Source: an uncultured Eubacteriales bacterium (GTDB lineage: Bacteria; Bacillota; Clostridia; Oscillospirales; CAG-272). Taken from it: DNA of 64,000 bases. Of the stretch, positions 25,862-36,738 are shown one piece after another (the first letter of the stretch is position 1; every line of letters starts with the position of its first letter). The position numbers and the translations under genes were made by a program. The notes under the pieces were generated by a model that did no database searches, was not told where the DNA came from, and saw only the letters and a program-made list of their open reading frames with translations. The stretch spans positions 21,468 through 85,467 of the forward strand of contig CASGAQ010000004.1 of NCBI GenBank assembly GCA_949299535.1, written 5' to 3'.

Positions 25862-26235
25862 AAAAATTTATAATGACTATGTTTTCGGCTTTGATTATTT
25901 TTACACTTGTATTTTCCATGGGAATTTCCGTAAATGCTGTTGAGCCTGCCACCGATAATGTACAAGCTGATACCGAGGCTGTCGAGGAAGCGGAAGAACA
26001 GACGGATAATACTCTTGGTACCAAAGCGATTGCTGCCGCAATAGTTGTCGGTCTTGCCGCCGCAGCGGGTGCGATCGCAATGGGAATGGCTATTTCAAAA
26101 AGCGCAGAAAGCATGGCTCGTCAGCCGGAGGCATCTGGCAAGATCAATTCTGCCATGATGCTCGGTCTTGTATTCATTGAAACCCTGATCATTTACGCTT
26201 TGATAGTTGCTATCTTGATTATCTTTGTTCTGTGA
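25858..26235 (+). CDS. atpE: F0F1 ATP synthase subunit c with an N-terminal signal-peptide-like extension
   Basis: 125 aa with an ATGA overlap with atpB. The C-terminal 72 aa form a canonical c hairpin (GxGxGxG-like helix, ARQPE loop, carboxylate in FIETLIIYAL). The N-terminal 50 aa are a hydrophobic helix, VNA-VE, and an acidic linker. Confidence 0.85.
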   Translation: MKKFIMTMFSALIIFTLVFSMGISVNAVEPATDNVQADTEAVEEAEEQTDNTLGTKAIAAAIVVGLAAAAGAIAMGMAISKSAESMARQPEASGKINSAMMLGLVFIETLIIYALIVAILIIFVL

Positions 26236-26245
26236 GGATAACGAT

Positions 26246-26758
26246 ATGCCGCTGAATATTGATATTTTACAAATACTTTTGCATATTCTGAATTTTTTGA
26301 TTTTGGTGGGTGGTCTGACGCTTCTGCTTTTCAAGCCGATCAATAAATTCTTAGAGCAGCGTCGCACATATTTTGAAAAAGAGGAACAGCGTCTTCGGGA
26401 AAATACCGCCGAAACCGAACGCTTGCAGGCGGAATATGAGCAAAAGTTAAAGGAAGCCGATGAGAAAATAACGGAAATGCGGATCGCCGCTGAAAAAGAA
26501 ACTTCCGAAATATCCAAAAAGACGTTGGCGGACGCCAAAGAAAAAGCAAACGCTATTATTCTTGCCGCCGAAAAAGATGCGGAAAATCGCAAAGAGCATA
26601 TTTTGGATTCGGCTCAGACAGAGATCGGAGAACTTGTCGTTACAGCTACGCAGAAATTGCTCAGCGATACCGTTACGCCGGAGAGAAATTCCGCATTATA
26701 CGATGAATTTATTCGTCTGGCAGATAAGACCGTTGCCGATAAGAGGGCTTCGAAATGA
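26246..26758 (+). CDS. atpF: F0F1 ATP synthase subunit b
   Basis: The ATG at 26246 has a GAGGA SD; the ORF track opens at 26225. One N-terminal TM helix is followed by a long charged helix (170 aa). Confidence 0.85.
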   Translation: MPLNIDILQILLHILNFLILVGGLTLLLFKPINKFLEQRRTYFEKEEQRLRENTAETERLQAEYEQKLKEADEKITEMRIAAEKETSEISKKTLADAKEKANAIILAAEKDAENRKEHILDSAQTEIGELVVTATQKLLSDTVTPERNSALYDEFIRLADKTVADKRASK

Positions 26759-28548
26759 ATGAAAATAATTTTGTAAATGAAGAACAAACGGAACTGCCGG
26801 TTTTGAAAGCGGAAATCCATTGTACTGTGCCGCCGGACGATGAACAGCTCAGAAAGATCAAAGAGTTCATAGCGGAAAAATATGATACGCCGAATGTCGA
26901 GTATGTAGAGTGTGACGTAATAATTGATCCGACGGTGATTGACGGATTTAATCTTTTTGTCGGGGACGATAACTATGACTGGACCACGCTCGGCCGTATC
27001 AGACAGCTTCGCAAATCCTTTCAGCGTCTGCCTCGCCAGTATGATCACAACAAGATAATTTCTTTGCTGCGAGAGGATATAAATAAATTTGAATTGGATG
27101 CGGGATATCAACAAGTTGGTCTTGTCACCTCGGTCGGAGACGGTATTGCAGTTATTGAAGGACTCCATGATGTGGAATACGGCGAGATCGTTCTCTTTGA
27201 TTGCGGCGTCAAGGGAATGGTACAGGATATCCGCACCGACGGCACAACGGGTATCGTTTTGTTCGGCGGTTACAGTGAGATCAGCGAAGGGGCGAGAGTT
27301 CTTCGTACACGCCGCACGGCAGGTATACCTATAAGCAACCGTATTCTCGGAAGAATGATCGATCCGCTTGGAAAGCCGATTGACGGCAAGGGTGAGATAG
27401 GAGCGAAAAAGTACTATCCGATAGAGCGTACTGCCCCTGCAATTATGGATAGAAAATCAGTCAGCCGCCCGATGGAGACAGGTATTCTCGCCATAGATTC
27501 CATGTTCCCAATCGGACGAGGGCAGAGAGAACTTATTATAGGCGACAGGCAGACCGGAAAGACGTCTGTCGCTGTTGATACGATTCTCAATCAAAAGGAT
27601 AAAAATGTCGTATGTGTTTATGTAGCCATAGGACAAAAGGCAAGTTCTGTTGCAAAAGTAATAAACACGCTTGAGAAAGCAGGCGCTCTTGACTATACCG
27701 TGATTGTATCCGCTTCCGCAAGCGATCCGGCGCCACTGCAATATATTGCCCCTTATGCCGGATGTGCGGTTGCCGAATATTTTATGTATCACGGCAGAGA
27801 TACGCTTGTTGTATATGATGACCTTTCCAAACATGCCGTTGCTTACCGAACGCTCAGTTTGCTTTTGGAGCGTTCTCCCGGAAGAGAAGCATATCCCGGA
27901 GATGTATTCTATCTTCATTCAAGACTTTTGGAACGCTCCGCACAGCTTTCCGATGAACTGGGAGGCGGCAGTATGACGGCTTTGCCTATAGTCGAAACAC
28001 AGGCGGGAGATGTTTCCGCCTATATTCCCACAAATATCATTTCCATAACGGACGGACAGATATTTCTTGAAAGCGATCTTTTTTTCGCGGGACAGCGCCC
28101 GGCTGTCAATGTCGGTCTTTCCGTTTCACGTGTAGGCGGAGCGGCTCAAACCGATGTTATGAAAAAGAGCGTCGGTTCTATCCGACTTGATCTGGCGCAG
28201 TACAGGGAAATGCAAGTCTTTTCACAGTTCGGTGGGGAACTCGACGAACAAACGGTCAAGGATTTGAAATACGGCGCGGGACTTATGCAGTTGCTGCGTC
28301 AGCCTAATCAGTCGCCTATGCAGATGTGGGAACAGGTCATAACGCTTGTTTGCGCCGGCGAGAGAATGTTTTCAGATTTCCCTTTGAAGGAAATAAAGCG
28401 TATTCAAAAAGAAATGCTTTCTCATATTGAAAACGTTCACAGCGGTATCTGTCTGAAAATTCAGACGTCGGATAAGTTTACGCCTGAACTTAAAGCGGCT
28501 ATAATCGATTACGCGAACAGATTTTTCACAAAGCATTTGAATTTGTGA
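26755..28548 (+). CDS. atpA: F0F1 ATP synthase subunit alpha fused to a delta (OSCP) C-terminal domain at its N-terminus
   Basis: 597 aa against about 500 for a normal alpha. Residues ~18-90 (AEIHCTVPPDDEQLRKIKEFIAEKY...IDPTVIDGFNLFVGDDNYDWTTLGRIRQLRKSF) align with the C-terminal half of bacterial delta. The rest is a full alpha, with Walker A GDRQTGKTSVA. Confidence 0.85.
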   Translation: MNENNFVNEEQTELPVLKAEIHCTVPPDDEQLRKIKEFIAEKYDTPNVEYVECDVIIDPTVIDGFNLFVGDDNYDWTTLGRIRQLRKSFQRLPRQYDHNKIISLLREDINKFELDAGYQQVGLVTSVGDGIAVIEGLHDVEYGEIVLFDCGVKGMVQDIRTDGTTGIVLFGGYSEISEGARVLRTRRTAGIPISNRILGRMIDPLGKPIDGKGEIGAKKYYPIERTAPAIMDRKSVSRPMETGILAIDSMFPIGRGQRELIIGDRQTGKTSVAVDTILNQKDKNVVCVYVAIGQKASSVAKVINTLEKAGALDYTVIVSASASDPAPLQYIAPYAGCAVAEYFMYHGRDTLVVYDDLSKHAVAYRTLSLLLERSPGREAYPGDVFYLHSRLLERSAQLSDELGGGSMTALPIVETQAGDVSAYIPTNIISITDGQIFLESDLFFAGQRPAVNVGLSVSRVGGAAQTDVMKKSVGSIRLDLAQYREMQVFSQFGGELDEQTVKDLKYGAGLMQLLRQPNQSPMQMWEQVITLVCAGERMFSDFPLKEIKRIQKEMLSHIENVHSGICLKIQTSDKFTPELKAAIIDYANRFFTKHLNL

Positions 28549-28573
28549 TTTTATGCAAAAGGAGGTTTGAACA

Positions 28574-30918
<2,345 letters not shown>

Positions 30919-30920
30919 GC

Positions 30921-31340
30921 ATGAAAACCTTTTATCTTGAGATCCTTTCTCCCGAGAGAATTTTTTATGCCGGCGAGTGCCGCTCTGTAATTCTGCCGAT
31001 CGGTGACGGAATGCTCGGAATCATGGCTAATCACACTCCTCTGTCGGCAGCGCTCCGAGACGGAGAGATAGTTTTTATTAAGCAGGACGGCGAAAGAGTA
31101 CGATGCGCTGTTGCAAGCGGAATGGCTGATGTGACCGATAACCGTGTCTGCATTCTGTGCCGTTCCGCACTCTCACCCGACGAGATAGATGAGGAAGCGG
31201 AGCGGTGTGCCGCAGAGGAGGCAAAGCTTAAATTAAAAACCGAGCAGAGCCGAAAGGATTATATGCTTTGGCAACTCTCTTTGAATCAGGCAGTCAATCG
31301 CTTGAAGATAAAACGAAAAGAATCCGATGTTAATCTTTAA
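30921..31340 (+). CDS. atpC: F0F1 ATP synthase subunit epsilon
   Basis: ATG at 30921 after GGGTGG; the ORF track opens at TTG 30915. N-terminal beta sandwich MKTFYLEILSPERIFY plus a C-terminal helical hairpin. Confidence 0.85.
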   Translation: MKTFYLEILSPERIFYAGECRSVILPIGDGMLGIMANHTPLSAALRDGEIVFIKQDGERVRCAVASGMADVTDNRVCILCRSALSPDEIDEEAERCAAEEAKLKLKTEQSRKDYMLWQLSLNQAVNRLKIKRKESDVNL

Positions 31341-31744
31341 AGAGCGGGGCTGTTGAAATCAGATACGGAAATAAAAAATACCCAGTATATGTAATTTCAA
31401 AATAGAAGATATGAGCCGAGCAATGCCGTCAGGCAGATAAAAGATTCGGCTCGAATAACGGCTTTATGTCAGAGTTATGTGATTTATTTCATATAGCCCT
31501 GACATTTTTTGTATCTCATTGAGCCGATATGAATACTTTCAGGATAGATTTCCTTTACTTTCTCCGTCTTTTTTCAGAAACATACTTCAGATAATAAAAG
31601 AAAAAATCGTAAGGATACAATGTACCAAAACATATATCACAAACTCCGAGGTAAATATATCCCATGATGATAAAATATAAGTTCCGGTTTTGATGTTTAT
31701 TTATAAGATATAAATATATTTATTGTTATTTTCTATAAATAATA

Positions 31745-31773
31745 TTGACTGAAAAAGGATATTATAGTATAAT
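31745..31773 (+). promoter_or_regulatory. sigma-A promoter
   Basis: TTGACT, 17 nt of spacer, TATAAT, about 30 nt upstream of the 31804 CDS. Confidence 0.5.
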
Positions 31774-31803
31774 ATTAACATCTTTTTAATATGGAGGTTT
31801 TTT

Positions 31804-32289
31804 ATGAAAAGATTTTTAAGTTCGTTTTTTGTTTTGGTAATATTGATCGCCGTGACGTCATGCGGTGCAACAGGCGAAGCACGCGAATTTTCGTCACACG
31901 GTATGAATATCACATTGACCGACCACTTTAAGGAAATAGATATGGATGGAATGACGGTTACGTTTGATTCTTCGGATGTAGCTGTTTTTGCGCTGAAAGA
32001 AGCATTTACCCTTATGGATGGCTTCGAGAACTATACATTGGAGCAGTACGGTGAATTGGTGATGAACAATAATTCCTCAAAAAATTTATCGGAAATGAAA
32101 AGCGCAGACGGTCTTATGTGGTTTGAATATGATTTTAATAATGAAAACAATGAAACTTACTATTATTATACATATATATTTAAGACAGATGATGCATTTT
32201 GGCTGATACAATTCGCAACTCTTACGGAAAATATTGAAGATTACAGAGATTCTTTTGTAACGTGGGCAAAAAGTATTCACTTTGACTGA
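31804..32289 (+). CDS. lipoprotein of unknown function
   Basis: 161 aa with a GGAGG SD and lipobox VILIAVTSCGA. Confidence 0.6.
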   Translation: MKRFLSSFFVLVILIAVTSCGATGEAREFSSHGMNITLTDHFKEIDMDGMTVTFDSSDVAVFALKEAFTLMDGFENYTLEQYGELVMNNNSSKNLSEMKSADGLMWFEYDFNNENNETYYYYTYIFKTDDAFWLIQFATLTENIEDYRDSFVTWAKSIHFD

Positions 32290-32495
32290 TGTAAGATATA
32301 AATGTCATTGTTCTGAGAGGCAGGATCATATCTAAATTTTATATCCGATTGTTTGCTTCCGGTCACTGTAATTAAAAAAATAAACGCTCCCAAATGAGTA
32401 ATGTCGTTAATTTAGCGGCATTGCTTGCGGGGCGTTTATTTTTATATTTGTGTGTATTCTATTGGTCTGATGAGAATTTTTTCAGCATTTAAATT

Positions 32496-35400
32496 TTATT
32501 TAGCTTTGATTTTCAGTGTCGCTATTTCAAATGGTTTTAACTTTATGGAAACGCTTCTTCCTTTTACATCAAGCGTAGCAGTCTCGTTTTCCATCATATC
32601 GCACAGAAAAGCCGCTTCGACATCAAAGCCGAATGTGAGCGTTTTGTGCGTATGCTCGTTAAATTCTTCGCAGACACGCACGATTATACCGTCGCCGTTT
32701 TCAGCTTTTTTAACTGTTTCTATAAAAGCGTTTTCGCCGTCGACGCTTATAAACGAATAACGTGAGGGAAGGTCGCCTTTTTGAGACGATATTCTTTCTG
32801 CAGATATCGGATTATTAAATTCATATGCACGGCGAATAGTTCCGGCTTCTCTGAAATCTCCGACATGAGGGTATACAGAGTAAGAAAATTCATGTATGCA
32901 TTTATCTGCTGTCGGATCAGGCTCTGTTGCGCTTTTGAGCAATGTAAGGCGAATTTGCGAGCCAAGCGTATCACAGCCGTATTTGCAGTCGTTTATCAAG
33001 CTGACGCCGAATCCATGCTCTGAAACATCGGCGAATTTATGCATACAAACCTCAAATTTTGCGTCGTCCCAGCTTGTATTGCGATGGGTATGACGGCGCA
33101 CATTGCCGTACTGTATATCATATGTAGCAAAGTCGGCATTCAGATCAAACGGGAAAGCCGTCTTCAAGAGTATGTGATCGTTCTTCCAATCTATTCTTGT
33201 GTCAAAATCGAGTCTTTTTTCATTTGCATATAGATAGATTTTTTGTTCTATTACGGAATCTTCGAAGATTCGTTTCACATAAAAACCGCCTCTTGCGCCA
33301 TCACAGGGAAGCAGGCACATTTCTTCAACTTCGGAAATCTCCCATGATTTCTCCGTATAATAGTTTGTTATCTCCCATGCGTCATATGCTTTCGGATAAT
33401 CTTCAAAGGCGATGAGCGCGTTTGCGGTTTTGCCGTTTTCGATTGTTTCACGCCCTGCTTCTTTATCATAAAGACTTATGATATTCATATTTTCATCAAA
33501 AACTACGCGCATAAAATCGCTTTCAAGTACGCGCGCTTTCTCGTCGAGCAGGAGTGTCCTGTTTGTTTCCGGCGTTACAACGGCATAGCCTTTTGCGGGA
33601 ATATCTTTTACATAGACATATTCTTCATCGAGCCGTACTGTGGAGGAACAGGGGAAGGAATTTGGGTTAAAGACGAGAACGCCGCCGTCTGTGGCAATGT
33701 TATTTTTCAAAAGCGTTCTTGAATCTGAGAGCATTTGTTCACCGTTAGTCAATACCTCAGCGTAGATACGGTCGCTGTCTTCATAGACCGCTTTTATGGA
33801 AGAACCGGGGATAACATCGTGAAATTGACAGAGTAGAATATCTTTCCAGCCTTTAGAGAGCGATTTTGAGGGATATTCTGCTCCAAGCAGATTTTCCGCG
33901 GTAAGAGCCGCTGTTTCGGCGTTTTGATAAAGAAACTCGCATTTGCGGTTGTTCTTCTTGTTCTTTGCCTGAGATGTATATGTACCTCTGTGAAATTCCA
34001 AGTAAAGTTCACCGACCCATTTCGGCAGAGAGCGGTTGTCTCTTACTTTTTTGTCCAGTCTTTCCATGAAATCGCGTACGAATCCGTGTTTTGTTGTGGG
34101 ACAGCCGTCTATGCCGCATGACATACGGCGAACAAGTTCGATCTGTTCAGGCGTAGGACCGCCTCCGCCGTCCCCGTAACCGTAGGCGAGAAGCACATCG
34201 TTGTTTATATCTTTTTGATGGTAACGATCCCATGCGCCAGCGACCATTTTCGGTTCCGTCGTACTGTTGTATGTCGTATAGTTGCTCGGAGAATTACCTC
34301 GAACCTTGTCCTGCGCCGTAAGAAAATATGACAGAACCTCGCTTCCGTCTATGCCCCGCCACAAAAATGTGTCGTAAGCCATAGTATTTGTTTCATTCCA
34401 ACTGATCTTGCTCGTTACAAAATAATCTACGCCGCTCTTTTTCAAGATTTGAGGAAGCGCAGCACTATACCCGAAAACGTCAGGCAGCCAAAGCACTTTG
34501 CAATCCACATCAAATTCTTCCTTGAAGAATCGTTTGCCGTGCAGTATCTGGCGTATAAGCGATTCTCCGCTGGGGATATTGCAGTCAGATTCTACCCACA
34601 TAGCGCCCTCAGGCTCCCAACGGCCCTCTTTTACTGCTTTTTTTATCTCCTTATAAAGTTCAGGAGCTTCTTCTTTTACATACTGATAGAGCTGGGGCTG
34701 TGAGCTCATGAATTTGAACTCGGGATATTTTTTCATCAGTTTGATAAATGTGGAAAAACTTCTTTGAGCTTTTTCTTTTGTCTGTGCGAAAGTCCAAAGC
34801 CAAGCGACATCGATATGCGTGTGTCCTATACATGTGCATGAAACATCGCTTTTGTGACACATTTTTTCATAAAACTCGGTTTTCAGGTATTCTCTTGCTT
34901 TCTGTACGGAGAGCGACCAACTTTCGCCTTTATCACGAAGATCGAGCAGATTTATAGCCTGATTCAGTGTCTCCCTTATATCACAGTAATTTTTTGTATT
35001 TATATCCATATAATTCAAAATATCATACGGAACTTTTATATCGTAGTAAAGTGCACGCGCTTCGGCATCGACCTCGCAAAGCGAATATGCAAAGGAATAG
35101 AGTTTGGAAACAGAAGGAGCAATATAAAAATACAGCACAAGAGAAAATCGTTCTTTGCTGCTGTCTATGGAGATGGCGTGGTGTCTGTGGTCAAAAGCGC
35201 CCGATATTTTCCCATCTATATAAATGAGTATTTGCGGATGTTGACTGCTTCCGCCTCGTGTATTATCGGAACGGTTTACAAGTTCAATATTTTTTCCAAT
35301 GTACTCTTCGGGAAGAATTATATCGGTTTTGAACCAAAAATGATGTTCTTGTCCGTCTTGGATAGAAAAATCATGCGGCATATCGATAAATTCTTCATCC

Positions 35401-35531
35401 GGCGGCTGAGTGTTTCCCGTTTTGTAGCCGCTCTCACAATAGCGAAATCCTTCGATCTTTTTTTCGCTGATAATGATACGCTTGTCTATAACGTTCAATA
35501 TTTGTTTGATACGTTCAACAATAAAATTCAA
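32496..35531 (-). CDS. GH38 alpha-mannosidase
   Basis: 1011 aa. GHTHIDVAWLW metal-site motif, WLPDVFGYS and QFHDVIPGSSI motifs characteristic of GH38. Confidence 0.85.
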   Translation of the reverse strand: MNFIVERIKQILNVIDKRIIISEKKIEGFRYCESGYKTGNTQPPDEEFIDMPHDFSIQDGQEHHFWFKTDIILPEEYIGKNIELVNRSDNTRGGSSQHPQILIYIDGKISGAFDHRHHAISIDSSKERFSLVLYFYIAPSVSKLYSFAYSLCEVDAEARALYYDIKVPYDILNYMDINTKNYCDIRETLNQAINLLDLRDKGESWSLSVQKAREYLKTEFYEKMCHKSDVSCTCIGHTHIDVAWLWTFAQTKEKAQRSFSTFIKLMKKYPEFKFMSSQPQLYQYVKEEAPELYKEIKKAVKEGRWEPEGAMWVESDCNIPSGESLIRQILHGKRFFKEEFDVDCKVLWLPDVFGYSAALPQILKKSGVDYFVTSKISWNETNTMAYDTFLWRGIDGSEVLSYFLTAQDKVRGNSPSNYTTYNSTTEPKMVAGAWDRYHQKDINNDVLLAYGYGDGGGGPTPEQIELVRRMSCGIDGCPTTKHGFVRDFMERLDKKVRDNRSLPKWVGELYLEFHRGTYTSQAKNKKNNRKCEFLYQNAETAALTAENLLGAEYPSKSLSKGWKDILLCQFHDVIPGSSIKAVYEDSDRIYAEVLTNGEQMLSDSRTLLKNNIATDGGVLVFNPNSFPCSSTVRLDEEYVYVKDIPAKGYAVVTPETNRTLLLDEKARVLESDFMRVVFDENMNIISLYDKEAGRETIENGKTANALIAFEDYPKAYDAWEITNYYTEKSWEISEVEEMCLLPCDGARGGFYVKRIFEDSVIEQKIYLYANEKRLDFDTRIDWKNDHILLKTAFPFDLNADFATYDIQYGNVRRHTHRNTSWDDAKFEVCMHKFADVSEHGFGVSLINDCKYGCDTLGSQIRLTLLKSATEPDPTADKCIHEFSYSVYPHVGDFREAGTIRRAYEFNNPISAERISSQKGDLPSRYSFISVDGENAFIETVKKAENGDGIIVRVCEEFNEHTHKTLTFGFDVEAAFLCDMMENETATLDVKGRSVSIKLKPFEIATLKIKAK

Positions 35532-35597
35532 TTTTTATTTTCTCCATTCTCAAATATCTGGGATTATAGGAACATTATAATATAGTGAAATATTTTT

Positions 35598-35617
35598 TTC
35601 AAGGTATTTCAAGGTAT
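35598..35617. repeat. 10-nt tandem duplication (TTCAAGGTAT x2) in the GH38 upstream region
   Basis: Read directly from the sequence. Confidence 0.8.
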
Positions 35618-35660
35618 ATTATATAGCAAAAAAATTTATTTTCAACTGATTTGATTAACA

Positions 35661-36488
35661 TTATTTCATCTTGAAATAATGGGCGAATATCGCGTCTGCC
35701 GCAGCCGACGGCAGAATGGAGAGCAGTTTCATCTTAAAAGAATTGTTTATATTATAAGCTCTGCGCGGACGGCTTTGGAATACGGCTTTGTTGAATACAC
35801 GGAGTATTTTGTCGGCAAACTTTGCCTTGTTCAATTCTTTTTCCATGATACCTTTCATTTTAAGGAGAGGTTTTTTATAATATACCGTGTCACGAACGAG
35901 CTGCTCGAATTGTCCCTCGATGTTTGCCTGCATATTTGTTTTGAAAGAGCCCGGACGTATTTTTATCACTTTCACACCGAATGGAATAAGCTCTCTTCTA
36001 ATGGAATCGTTGTATATTTCGACGGCGTGTTTGCTCATAGTATAGAAACTGTGAAACGGTATTGCCGATAGAACACCGTATTCGCTTGATACGTTGATGA
36101 TACGTCCCCGCGCGCGGATAAGCATATCCGAAAAGATATGATTTACGCGGTACATACCCATAACATTGACATCAAGCAGGGCGGAGGCTTTTTTCGGCGG
36201 AACTTCTATTACCGAGCCGAGTATGACGATACCTGCAAAATTTATGATTAGGTCTACTTTATCGGTGAGGCGCAATAATTCTTCTTTGGCGCGGAATATA
36301 TCCTCGTTGCAGGTGATATCCGATTTAAAAGTTACAACAGACTTGTTTTCACGATACTTTTCAGACAACTTTTCCGAAATATCCAACGCCAAAACGATAT
36401 ATCCGTTTTCCGTAAGCATTTTTATGACCGGCTCTGCCAGACCGCCGCACGCGCCGCTTATTACGGCATATTTTTCTGTTTTATCCAT
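35661..36488 (-). CDS. SDR-family oxidoreductase
   Basis: 275 aa. Cofactor motif ISGACGGLA, NFAG, and catalytic YTMSKHA (YxxxK). Confidence 0.85.
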   Translation of the reverse strand: MDKTEKYAVISGACGGLAEPVIKMLTENGYIVLALDISEKLSEKYRENKSVVTFKSDITCNEDIFRAKEELLRLTDKVDLIINFAGIVILGSVIEVPPKKASALLDVNVMGMYRVNHIFSDMLIRARGRIINVSSEYGVLSAIPFHSFYTMSKHAVEIYNDSIRRELIPFGVKVIKIRPGSFKTNMQANIEGQFEQLVRDTVYYKKPLLKMKGIMEKELNKAKFADKILRVFNKAVFQSRPRRAYNINNSFKMKLLSILPSAAADAIFAHYFKMK

Positions 36489-36678
36489 GATAATCTCTCG
36501 CTGTTAAATTCTGATATTATATCAATTATAATATATTACTGCTTTTTTAATGTCAAGTCAAATCTGATTGATTAAGGCTCCGAAGAAATAGTTCGTGCGA
36601 AATAAATTATGTTGATTTTTGCATATCGGTATGATAGAATATAAGCAAAAGCTGAGAAAACAAGCGATTTTATAAAAA

Positions 36679-36738
36679 ATGCGGAATAAATAACGGAGGA
36701 TAGAAAACATGCGGAATAAATAACGGAGGATAGAAAAC
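36679..36738 (+). repeat. perfect 30-bp tandem duplication of the translation-initiation region of the downstream gene
   Basis: ATGCGGAATAAATAACGGAGGATAGAAAAC occurs twice, followed by ATGCGA... (the real start at 36739). Each unit carries an ATG, a 4-codon ORF (MRNK-stop) and a GGAGGA SD 8 nt before the next ATG. Confidence 0.9.

Noticed and set aside
31341-31803. A possible ncRNA or terminators in the 460-nt gap after atpC (hairpins GAGCCGA...TCGGCTC and ATGTCAG...CTGACAT followed by T6).
   Set aside because: The stems are short with long loops and are not obviously conserved structures. The second may simply be the atp operon terminator. There is not enough evidence to annotate an RNA gene.
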